Assembly (NCBI GenBank): GCA_039589315.1
Contig: JBDHHQ010000091.1
Coordinates: 1 to 24,747 of the forward strand
Direction of reading: 5' to 3'
Origin: Gemmatimonadota bacterium
GTDB lineage: Bacteria; Gemmatimonadota; Gemmatimonadetes; Longimicrobiales; Gaopeijiaceae
DNA: 24,747 bases
Under the pieces are notes generated by a model. That model was given only the letters and a program-made list of their open reading frames with translations, had not been told where the DNA came from and ran no database searches. The number at the start of each line of letters is the position of its first letter. Position 1 is the first letter of the stretch. A program made the translations under genes and the position numbers. Shown here piece after piece: positions 7,571-15,581 of this stretch.

Positions 7571-8576
7571 CGTCCCGCTCCGTGCCTGCTACCCGGATCC
7601 ACTGGACGTCGTACACGCGATCCGCAACCGGGAAGCGGGCCCTGGCAACCCAGATCAGCCGTTCTCCGTCACCGTCCAGAATCACGGTGTCACGGCGGAC
7701 CTCCAGCTCGTTGCGGGCTTCAGACGTTCTGACTGCGACCTCGATGCCGGGCCTGGGCAGCAGAAACGCGAGCCGGCCGGATGGCGACAGGTTGTCCAAC
7801 TCGACGGACGTCCCGGGAGGGATCTCCCCCGACCAGAGCTGGTCCGGCGGTGCGGCCTGATGGAAACGTGAATCGAAGTCGTCCGGAAGCAGTGGCGCGC
7901 GGTCGTTTTGCCACGCGTCGTCGTAGGTACCGGCGTACTGGGCCCGCGACGCCCAGTTTGGTGATACGAACGAGAGGCCCCACGGCGCGGACCGGTCTCC
8001 GGGACCCGTGATCAGGTCGTCCGGACTCTCCACGTTGGGGAGCGGGGTGCCGTCGAGTGTCATGCGGGACTCCTCTCCGCGAAAACCCACTCCCACGGGA
8101 TTGGACGGCTCCCATTCGGGACCCTCCGAGCCCGTCTCGTCCCATCCCCCGAAGGCCCGGTCCCAGACGACGGGCATCCGTTGGAACGGCACAGGTGCGG
8201 TTGCCGAGAGGAAGCCGGCAGTCCTTCGCCAAAAGCGGTCACCGAAGACCCGCAGGCGTTTGTCCAGCGGTCCCACGCGCAACCGTGCGTCCACATACTC
8301 CCGGCCCCCGGAGGGGGCGTACGCGCTCCCCACGAAGATGACGTCGGTCAAAGGCTTTTCCGCAGCTACGTCTGTGCCGTGCCGGAGGCTGGATCGCCCC
8401 GGCTCTCCGTGGTACTCGTCGACTAGCCAAACCGGCTCCTGCTCTTCGTGGAGCGTCGGGGTTTGGCTCCGGACGTCGTAAGTCGCCTTGACCAGAACCA
8501 GGAGCTCCTCCTGCCCGAAGCGGTCAGGGACGACGACGGCGCGCGCACTAAACGGACTCAGGTTCCTCAGGTCCAT
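7563..8576 (-). CDS. DUF2169-family T6SS adaptor/chaperone
   Basis: 'LLVLVKATY...DEYHGEPGRSSLR..D....KPLTDV..VGSAYAP...VFGDRFW...PF..MPV.W.RAFGG...NPVGVGF...R..YAGTYDDAW...RAPLLPDDFD.RF.Q.AP.DQ'; RBS GAGGA. Confidence 0.95.
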   Translation of the reverse strand: MDLRNLSPFSARAVVVPDRFGQEELLVLVKATYDVRSQTPTLHEEQEPVWLVDEYHGEPGRSSLRHGTDVAAEKPLTDVIFVGSAYAPSGGREYVDARLRVGPLDKRLRVFGDRFWRRTAGFLSATAPVPFQRMPVVWDRAFGGWDETGSEGPEWEPSNPVGVGFRGEESRMTLDGTPLPNVESPDDLITGPGDRSAPWGLSFVSPNWASRAQYAGTYDDAWQNDRAPLLPDDFDSRFHQAAPPDQLWSGEIPPGTSVELDNLSPSGRLAFLLPRPGIEVAVRTSEARNELEVRRDTVILDGDGERLIWVARARFPVADRVYDVQWIRVAGTERDDV

Positions 8577-8583
8577 GGAGTCC

Positions 8584-10648
8584 TCAGTTCTGCTTGATCT
8601 TCGAGCCCTTCAGCGTGATGGTCGACTTGGCCTTCACGTTGATCTTGCCGGATCCGTTGACGACGATGTCCTTCCCCTTGAGCGTGATCGTCCCGTCCTT
8701 CTTCAGGATGATGGAGGCCTTCCCAGGCCTTCCCGGTCTGTATCGTGATCTCGTCGCCCGCAGTGAGTGTCAACTCCTTGCCCGCATCCAGCATCATGTG
8801 CTCGCCCGCCAGCGCCGATCGGTTTCCGCCCACCGAGATCTTCTCGTCCTTGCCGACGGTCAGGCTGCGCTCACCGCCGACCTCGATCTTCACGTCGTCA
8901 CCGACTTGCACGGACCGGCGGCTCGTGACGGAGATGGACTCGTGCCTCCCGATCATCGTCTTGTGGCTTCCCCCGATGGTCCGTACCTCGCCCAAGGCGA
9001 CCACCGTGCTGCGGGCGCCGCCCACGTTGTTGCTCTCGCTGCCGCCCACCGCGGCGACACGGTTACCGCCGACGGTCCGACTCTGGTTGCCGCCCACGGT
9101 GATACCTTGGTTGTTGTCCACTCCCACGCTCTGGTCATGCTCGACGGTCGTGGCCATGTCGTACTGAGCGTGGATCTTGACCTCCTCCTGACCCTTCGTG
9201 TCGGTCATTGAGATCTCGTTGGCACCGCCGCCGCCGGGTGAGCTCCGAGTCTTCATGCCCATCGTTATGCCAGCTCCAGGCAGGTCGAACGGAGGCACGT
9301 CTTCGTCGTTGTAGACGCTACCGATCACCAGGGGTCGGTCGGGGTCACCCTCGAGGAACTCCACGACCACCTCGTTGCCAATGCGCGGAACCGAAAGGGC
9401 CCCGTAGCCCTTGCCACCCCATGGTGTGGCGACCCGCACCCAGCAGGAGCTGTTCTCGTCGGCAGCTCCGCGCCTGTCCCAGTGGAACTGGACCTTGATG
9501 CGACCGTGCCCGTCGGTCCACACCTCTTCACCGGCCTTCCCCACTACCACGGCCGTCTGGGAGCCATGTATCCTGGGCTTCGGTGTCCGCGTTGGCGGGC
9601 GGTAGGGGGTATCGTCCGGAGACGCGACGAAGCGGTTTCTGTAGTCGAATGCCTCCTGATCGCCACTCCGGTAGCTGTCGGCTCGGGCCTCGTGAGCCAC
9701 TTCCTGCAGGAGGTAGCCCCGGTTCGCCTCCCGTTGATAGTGGTGGTCGAGCTCGAACGTACACCCCACCTGGAAGGCCCGGCACGTACCCTCACCCCGG
9801 ACGACGCTGCGCAACGCCTCCTCACGCTCCAGCGCGATACGCGCGTACCGCTCCCCGTCCTGCCTGCTCGAGTAGCCACCGGGGTAATCGTAGATCTCCT
9901 CGGAGCCACTGCCCTCCAAGGAGCAGGAGAGGCTCATCTTGGGCTGGAGGTAATCGTAGTCCATGAGTGTCAGGCTTCCGGCATGGACGGTGTGGTCGCG
10001 TCGTAGCGCCAGGACCACGTCCTCGTCCGGAACTGCCTCTGGTGCCAATCGCACCTCGCCCCCACCCGGGCAGGCCTCGGCTGTGTCCACACGATCCGCG
10101 ATTACGAGCTCGTGTCCCGCGTCCGAGTGACGGAAGAAGTAGAAGAGCCCCTCCTCCTCGAGGAGCCGTGACACGAAGTCGAGATGCGACTCCCTGTACT
10201 GCACGCAATACTCTCGCTGCGGGTAGCTGCGAAGCGTGCTGAACCGGAACGCGGACCACCCGAGCTCCTTGAAGACGCTCTCGACGACCTCGAGAACGCT
10301 CATGTGCTGGAAGACGCGGCAGTCCCTCGAGAGCGAGAGAAACCACAGCCAGGGGACGATCTCGGCGGTGTAAGCGGTCAACTGGGCAGCGCGATCGAGT
10401 TGCACGAACCGCCGCACCAGCCCGTGGATCAGCCGTGTGTCGCCGTTGGGCAGGAGCATCGAAAGGACCATCGGTGTGCGCAGGACCTCGTTCGGCTCGA
10501 TGTCGTCGCGCTCCGAGTACATCTCGATGTTGAACAGGTAGGGCTCCGAGATCCGCTCGACGCCCGTGAAGCCGGCCACCAGCAGGACATCTTCGCCGAG
10601 GTCTGTTTGCAGCCGCAGCTGCCGGTTCGCCTGTGCGTAAGCGCCCAT
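8584..10648 (-). pseudogene. vgrG: VgrG (TssI) spike protein 1, frameshifted 43 codons before its natural end by a 10-bp duplication (as read, the ORF is 8567..10648)
   Basis: 'YCVQYRESHLDFVSRLLEEEG', 'GSQTAVVVG..GEEVWTD.HGRIKVQFHWDR', 'SSCWVRV...WGG.GYG...PRIGNEVVVEFLEGDPDRPLVIGSVYN', 8-aa gp5-like repeats; RBS GGAGG. Removing one AGGCCTTCCC copy restores a 684-aa protein ending ...KGSKIKQN-stop at 8584. Confidence 0.93.
8715..8734. repeat. Perfect 10-bp tandem duplication AGGCCTTCCC x2 inside vgrG1
   Basis: 8715-8724 and 8725-8734 are identical and coincide exactly with the loss of VgrG-like sequence in the reading frame. Confidence 0.95.
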
Positions 10649-10690
10649 GGGCGGTGTGCCTCCGTTGGAGCGTTGCTCGGTAGCGATCCC

Positions 10691-10719
10691 AAAAAGGCTC
10701 GACGAAGGGATTCGTCGAG
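10691..10719 (-). terminator. Intrinsic terminator-like hairpin in the vgrG1 5' leader
   Basis: Minus strand reads CTCGACGAA-TCCC-TTCGTCGAG-CC-TTTTT: a perfect 9-bp stem, 4-nt loop and U5 tract, ending 42 nt before the vgrG1 ATG. Confidence 0.55.
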
Positions 10720-11106
10720 ACGGACGAGCGGCACCCCCAGGTAGAACGGCAACGCGGGCGATGCTCCGCCAATCTCTCGATCATCGCTGGTAACGACAAC
10801 CGCCTTCGGTTGGAACGGACCCGTTGGCCTTGAAACGGTCCTCAGAGGGGCGCTACGGTTCCCAGCGGCACAACCAACCGGGGCGGCCAGCCTGATCCAC
10901 ACGACCGACGCACCTGAGGTGCCGCAGACTCCGGTAGCTGCCTTGGCCGCTGTCAGGCCCCCACCCTATACTGAGCTTCGCTGGCAACGCTCTCCTTGCG
11001 CCGATCCGCCAGCCCCCGAGGCCGAGCCGCCAGGGACGCGCCGGCCACGTCGACGGGCAAGGCATGTCCAAGGTCAGTGACCGAATGAACCGAACACTGA
11101 AGTCGC

Positions 11107-11964
11107 ATGATCGACGTCCGATTCGATGACCGGGGCCCCTTCGTTGCCGCTCTCCAGGTTCTTCTGAACAGGTGGCTCCGGGCAACGCGCCTCACCATCG
11201 ACGGGATCTGGGGCTCGGATACCCGGACGGTGATGGGCGAGGTAAACCGCCGGATCGGTGCCTCCGGCGGTGGCGAGCGGGCCGACGGAGCAACGTGGGC
11301 TGCCCTGATCGACCGGACCCGCGTCAGCATCATCAGCGCCAACGACATCTACGACCCCAGACACGACGACTTCACGCCGCCGGAGCTGCGGGGACCGGGG
11401 TGGATCGCCACCAGCGGCATGAGCGGGGGAGTGGGCCAGGTGGTCCGCGACATCCAGCGCAGGGCAAGGGTCCTGGGCCCCATCGCGCTTCTTCGCTTTT
11501 ACGGGCACGGGGCTCCGGGCCTGATGGGGGTCACCGGTGGCACCGGGACCATGCGGGGCAGTGGCGGCGAGACGATCTACCGCGACGCGTCGGGCCGTGA
11601 GCTGGAGCGGGACCAGCGCCCGCATGACCGATGGGGTCAGGCGATCCGGGGAGACCACGTCCGGGACCAGACGACCATCAGCAACGAGACGTTCCGTCTA
11701 ATCGAGCCCCAGCTGGCCAGGCTGCGTCCACACTTCGCGCCTTATGGCTCCGTGCAGCTGCACGGTTGTCGTGTCGGGCTGGGGAGCTCCGGCCGTCGGT
11801 TGCTCCGCTCACTGGCCGACACGCTCGGTGTCCCGGCCGCCGCCGGACGGGGATCGCAGTCGTTCGGTCAAACGACGAGCCTACGCTTCGAGGGGTCGGT
11901 CCGGACGGAGTTTCCGGAGGGCGGAACACTCAGGTCCTGGACGAGCGGTCTGGAGGCTCGGTGA
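11107..11964 (+). CDS. Peptidoglycan-binding domain + DUF4347-like (caspase/clan CD-type His-Cys) domain protein
   Basis: 'DRGPFVAALQVLLN......IDGIWGSDT' resembles PG_binding_1; 'LRFYGHGAPG...VQLHGCRVG....GRRLL..LA..LGVPAAAG' resembles DUF4347. Confidence 0.75.
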   Translation: MIDVRFDDRGPFVAALQVLLNRWLRATRLTIDGIWGSDTRTVMGEVNRRIGASGGGERADGATWAALIDRTRVSIISANDIYDPRHDDFTPPELRGPGWIATSGMSGGVGQVVRDIQRRARVLGPIALLRFYGHGAPGLMGVTGGTGTMRGSGGETIYRDASGRELERDQRPHDRWGQAIRGDHVRDQTTISNETFRLIEPQLARLRPHFAPYGSVQLHGCRVGLGSSGRRLLRSLADTLGVPAAAGRGSQSFGQTTSLRFEGSVRTEFPEGGTLRSWTSGLEAR

Positions 11965-11998
11965 AGCGCCAAGCCCTTCTCACCCCTGGACGCACCTG

Positions 11999-12568
11999 AT
12001 GAGCTCATCGCAGCCTGTCACCCGACTGCTCCTCGATTGGCGAGGCGGCAACGACGAGGCCCTGGACCTGCTGATGCCCATCGTTTACGACGAGCTGCGG
12101 TCCCTGGCCGCAAGCTACCTCAGCCGCGAGCGGGCCGGACACACACTCCAGCCCACGGCTCTGGTCCACGAGGCCTACGTCCGGATGATGGACATGGACG
12201 TGGCGTGGCAGGATCGGGCTCACTTCTTCGCTCTCTCGGCCCGAATGATGCGCCGGATCCTCGTCGATCACGCCCGCTCTCGCTCGAGTCAAAAGCGGGG
12301 AGGCGGAGTGCGACCGGTCACCCTGGAAGAGGGCCTGGCCGCCGCGGCCGATCAGCCGGAGGAGCTGATCGCGCTCGACGACGCCCTCACCCGCCTCGCG
12401 GAGCTCGACGAACGCAAGGCGAGGGTGGTGGAGCTCCACTACTTCGGTGGTCTGAGCTACGATGAGACCGCTGAAGTCGTAGGGATATCGGCGGCCACCG
12501 TCGACCGGGATCTGCGCTTCGCCAAGAGCTGGCTGCTCAACGAGCTGAGCGAAGGGTCCGGGGGCTGA
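11999..12568 (+). CDS. ECF sigma-70 factor, TIGR02999/ECF43 (Ser/Thr-kinase-associated) type, 189 aa
   Basis: 'VTRLL..W..G...ALD.LMP.VYDELR.LA..YL..ER.GHTLQPTALVHEAY...AHFFA..AR.MRRILVDHAR.R...KRGG...VVEL.YFGGL...ETAE...TV.RD..FAK.WL'; start reassigned from 11744 to ATG 11999. Confidence 0.95.
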   Translation: MSSSQPVTRLLLDWRGGNDEALDLLMPIVYDELRSLAASYLSRERAGHTLQPTALVHEAYVRMMDMDVAWQDRAHFFALSARMMRRILVDHARSRSSQKRGGGVRPVTLEEGLAAAADQPEELIALDDALTRLAELDERKARVVELHYFGGLSYDETAEVVGISAATVDRDLRFAKSWLLNELSEGSGG

Positions 12569-12585
12569 GCTCCGCTCCGGCACGC

Positions 12586-13653
12586 ATGGGAGACTCGGCC
12601 GACCGTTGGCAACGACTACAGAGACTCTTCGAGGCGGCTTCGCAAGAGACCGGCGACGCGCGGAGCGCGCTACTGGGCCGTGAGTGCGCCGATGACCCTG
12701 CCCTCCGGGCCGAGGTCGAGTCGCTGCTCAGGGCCTCGGAACGGGCGGACGATCACCTGAGCCGTGTGGTGGGGCAGGCGGCGGCCGAAGTGGAGGCAGC
12801 CAGCCGTCTCGGCGCGGGTCAGGTGCTGGGTGCCTACCGCGTCGAGCGGGAGCTGGGTCGTGGGGGGATGGGTGCCGTCTACCTGGCCGCACCCGTGGAC
12901 GGCGGCGAGCCCGTGGCCATCAAGGTCCTGTGGGCTGGCCGCTGGAGCCCCGAACTGGCTCGTCACTTCCGTAGGGAGCGGCGGATCCTCGCCAGCCTGG
13001 ACCATCCCTACGTGACCCGAGTCCTGGGCTCCGGGAGCACGGACGACGGTATCCCGTACGAAGTGATGGAATACGTCGACGGCGAGCCGCTCGATACCTT
13101 TTGCGACCGGCGCATGTTGGACCTGACCGACCGCGTCGACCTCTTCCGCCGCGTATGCGACGCCGTCGAGCACGCGCACCTCCGGGGCATCGTGCACCGC
13201 GACCTCAAGCCGGCCAACGTGCTCGTGAAGGCAGACGGCACCCCGAAGCTGCTCGACTTTGGCATCGCCAAGCCTCTGCATGACGCCGCCCTGACCGGTA
13301 CCGTCTTTACGACCCGGACCGGCGTTCGGCTGATGACACCGACCTACGCGAGCCCCGAGCAGGTGAGAGGCGAGCCACTCACGGCGGCGTCCGACGTGTA
13401 TTCGCTGGGCGTGGTCTTGTATGAGCTGGTGACTGGCAGACTGCCATATGACCTGGTGAGAGGGCATCCCGGCGAAGTGCTTCTGGCGATCGTGGACCAA
13501 CAGCCGAAGGCGCCCAGCCAATGGATGGCCAGTGGCACCAACGTGCTCGACCCGCCGGTGCTACGCGCCCTCGAGAAAGACCCGGACCGCCGGTTCCGCT
13601 CGGTGAGTGCGCTGTCGAGCGCGGTACAGGCGGCAGCCACCGAGCTCTCGTAG
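12586..13653 (+). CDS. Hanks-type Ser/Thr protein kinase, 355 aa, no transmembrane or sensor domain
   Basis: GRGGMGAVY, VAIK, HRDLKPANV, DFG, TPTYASPEQ, DVYSLG and a terminal DPDRR; N-terminal 'RW.RL..LF..A....R...L...C..D..LR.EVESLL' is typical of ECF-linked kinases. Confidence 0.95.
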   Translation: MGDSADRWQRLQRLFEAASQETGDARSALLGRECADDPALRAEVESLLRASERADDHLSRVVGQAAAEVEAASRLGAGQVLGAYRVERELGRGGMGAVYLAAPVDGGEPVAIKVLWAGRWSPELARHFRRERRILASLDHPYVTRVLGSGSTDDGIPYEVMEYVDGEPLDTFCDRRMLDLTDRVDLFRRVCDAVEHAHLRGIVHRDLKPANVLVKADGTPKLLDFGIAKPLHDAALTGTVFTTRTGVRLMTPTYASPEQVRGEPLTAASDVYSLGVVLYELVTGRLPYDLVRGHPGEVLLAIVDQQPKAPSQWMASGTNVLDPPVLRALEKDPDRRFRSVSALSSAVQAAATELS

Positions 13654-13828
13654 ACGATTCGCGACAATAGATTCAACGCCGCGCGTCTGAAACGCCAGCG
13701 CAACACATGCACCGACACATACGCAACTCTTGCCCCCACGCCATCTGCGAACGAAGCTGTTCGGAGAGATCCGATACCCAACGCCCAGACGATACCAGAG
13801 TGCCGCAGAACCGGCGGACTGCTGCTGC

Positions 13829-13947
13829 GAAGGGAAAGCCGGCGTGAGGGGGCTGTCTCTTAGGGAGTGGTGTGGGTGCTGCGGAACCCAGCCGCGGGCA
13901 TGTTGCCCGATGGCTGAGTGTTGGCCCTGCTGCTGCGCGTGGTTCGC
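13829..13947 (+). pseudogene. Degenerate copy of the small membrane-protein ORF at 14694..14933
   Basis: 13829-13947 aligns with 14711-14830 (GAAGGG.A.GCC.....GAGGGGGCTGTCTCT...AGCCGCGGGC...GTGTTGGCC...CGCGTGGTTCGC); this copy has indels and TGA where the paralog has TGG (Trp). Confidence 0.65.
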
Positions 13948-14301
13948 CGCGGAGGCGCGCGAGTCCGAGCTTTCGCGATGCTTGCCGATCCACACCGAGC
14001 CAGTCGAGATCCTCTACACCGGGTGGGTCCAGGACAACACGGCCGGCCTGATCCCCAGCCCCTCCGACTGGGATCTGGGGCTGGATCCGTGTAGCGCCCA
14101 AGGTCGTCATCGCAACCTGGCACGACGATGAGGACCTCTCCTGACTCGCGATGCCTGGGCGCGATACCCAGTGTCATCGCACGCAGCCCTTGGGGCGCTG
14201 CCCCCCTACAGGCGCTCCGGGTCCGACAGGAACCGGGGCACAGCGACATCAGACACCCGCTATGGTTCCAACAGCCGTTCGCCAGAAGAGACAGAACCCC
14301 C

Positions 14302-14490
14302 CTATCCCTGGGTCGTGGGGCCAAAGACCCAGAGCACCAGGATGACCAATAGGGCGAGTATGTCCAGGGTGATCCGCAGCCTCCGTGATAGCCTCAGGAC
14401 GTAGGGCTGCTGAAAGCCGTTGGGGGCCCCGCAATGCTCGTCGTTGGAGGGCGGCCGATCGACCGACCGTCGGATCTGAGTCGTGACCAT
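14302..14490 (-). CDS. Small protein (62 aa) with a C-terminal transmembrane helix
   Basis: Hydrophobic ITLDILALLVILVLWVFG preceded by basic RLSRRLR; GAGG RBS upstream of the ATG; preceded by copy 3 of the promoter-like motif. Confidence 0.45.
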   Translation of the reverse strand: MVTTQIRRSVDRPPSNDEHCGAPNGFQQPYVLRLSRRLRITLDILALLVILVLWVFGPTTQG

Positions 14491-14541
14491 GATGACGCCT
14501 CATTCGTCGCTGATGGGAACTGGCGCACCGCGAGAAGTCCG

Positions 14542-14579
14542 TCTGCCTTCCAAGCGTGATCCACGGCAATCGACCCTCA
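14542..14579 (-). promoter_or_regulatory. Candidate ECF-type promoter, copy 3 (TGAGG-N16-CACGCT-N6-GCAGA)
   Basis: Same TGAGG-N18-CGCT-N6-G spacing as copies 1 and 2; 51 nt upstream of ATG 14490. Confidence 0.45.
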
Positions 14580-14693
14580 CCCGACTGCCAATGAGGGCAG
14601 ATTCGACTCAGAAGCATCGGCAACCGAGTAGGCGACAGTGGGGAGCGCTCCGATGGCGATGCCCCGGAGGCGAGCCTCATCCCATCCGCCTGG

Positions 14694-14933
14694 TTGCGGG
14701 CAAGAGCGGTGAAGGGCAGGCCATCACGAGGGGGCTGTCTCTACGCGGCAATGTGGATGCTGGGCAATCTAGCCGCGGGCGTTTTCCTCAAGAGGTGGGT
14801 GTTGGCCTTGGTGCTCGCCGCGTGGTTCGCGGTGTTCGCTTGGATCGTCGCCGCTGGAAATGGCAGAGCAGTAGAGGAGGCCGCCGCCGTGACGACTCCT
14901 GGGACTTGTCCACGACTTCGATTGACGGGCTGA
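14694..14933 (+). CDS. Small putative membrane protein (up to 79 aa, two hydrophobic segments) or gene fragment
   Basis: GGCLYAAMWMLGNLAAGVFL and WVLALVLAAWFAVFAWIVAA; the diverged paralog at 13829 supports coding ancestry; start uncertain (TTG). Confidence 0.4.
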   Translation: MRARAVKGRPSRGGCLYAAMWMLGNLAAGVFLKRWVLALVLAAWFAVFAWIVAAGNGRAVEEAAAVTTPGTCPRLRLTG

Positions 14934-15118
14934 GTTAGCCAGGGCAACGGGAAAACACCTCACAGCGCCGCGCGCCGATTCTGTTCCTCGCCGGCTGAGT
15001 ACCACCTGCCCACGCCCGGCTCGACCGTACGCTCTTCACGGTTGGCGCTTCGAGGATCCGGCGTAGCGGCGAGCACGGATCGCAACCGTGGATGCGCCAG
15101 AGCCTGAGGACGATCACC

Positions 15119-15547
15119 TCATCGCTCGCCCGTCGCCGTCATTTCGAAGATGTATATCCTGGACCACAAAGGCGGTAATCCTCGTCTCTGGTACCGAATC
15201 TGCACGCGGTCACCCTCTCGGAAGCCCTCACTCGCCTTTGTATTCAGAGCGTGTCGGACCAGCGAGTCCCAGCCCTCCACTGTGACCTCGAATACGTAGG
15301 CCTCTGCCAGGGTGATGGCGTTGGGTGTGCGGAAACCACGATTGGCTCCAGAGTGGAACTGCCAATATGTGGCCTCGGGCTGAAATGTCTTGCGGACAAT
15401 GGTACCGACCGCCGATCGGGTAGGGATGGGACGCAGAAAAGCGAACCAGACGACTCCGGTGGCTAGTCCGAAGACAATGGCGGCAGCAAGCTGAAAGCGG
15501 GCCAAGTCGCTTGTTCCTAGTCTCGCAGGGCGTCTAGGGCCACCCAT
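15119..15547 (-). CDS. Single-pass membrane protein with a beta-rich (DUF3592/DUF2500-like) domain, 142 aa
   Basis: ATG 15547 lies 34 bp after the immunity-candidate stop; TM 'LAAAIVFGLATGVVWFAFL', then 'AVGTIVRK...YVFEV...GDRVQIRY'. Confidence 0.65.
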   Translation of the reverse strand: MGGPRRPARLGTSDLARFQLAAAIVFGLATGVVWFAFLRPIPTRSAVGTIVRKTFQPEATYWQFHSGANRGFRTPNAITLAEAYVFEVTVEGWDSLVRHALNTKASEGFREGDRVQIRYQRRGLPPLWSRIYIFEMTATGER

Positions 15548-15581
15548 GAAAAAGGCCGCTGCCTTCGACAGATGCTCAGGT

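Noticed and set aside
6482..10658. Shared 11-mer CACACCGCCCA (minus strand) just upstream of the vgrG1 ATG and the DUF4150 GTG
   Set aside because: Short, C-rich and seen only twice, so chance is plausible; no supporting flanking similarity.
835..11106. Sigma-54 promoter upstream of hcp or vgrG1
   Set aside because: No TGGCAC-N5-TTGC-like element found by eye in either upstream region.
10720..11106. c-di-GMP or other riboswitch in the vgrG1 leader
   Set aside because: Only fragmentary resemblance; conserved aptamer motifs were not found. An Infernal/Rfam scan would be needed.
11744..11998. 85-aa N-terminal extension of the ECF sigma from the ORF track
   Set aside because: It overlaps the upstream gene out of frame; family similarity begins at ATG 11999.
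13730..14131. Cys-rich 133-aa ORF as a metal-binding or RiPP-like protein
   Set aside because: The Cys-rich part is an alternative-frame reading of the decayed membrane-gene paralog; weak TTG start and no maturation enzymes nearby.
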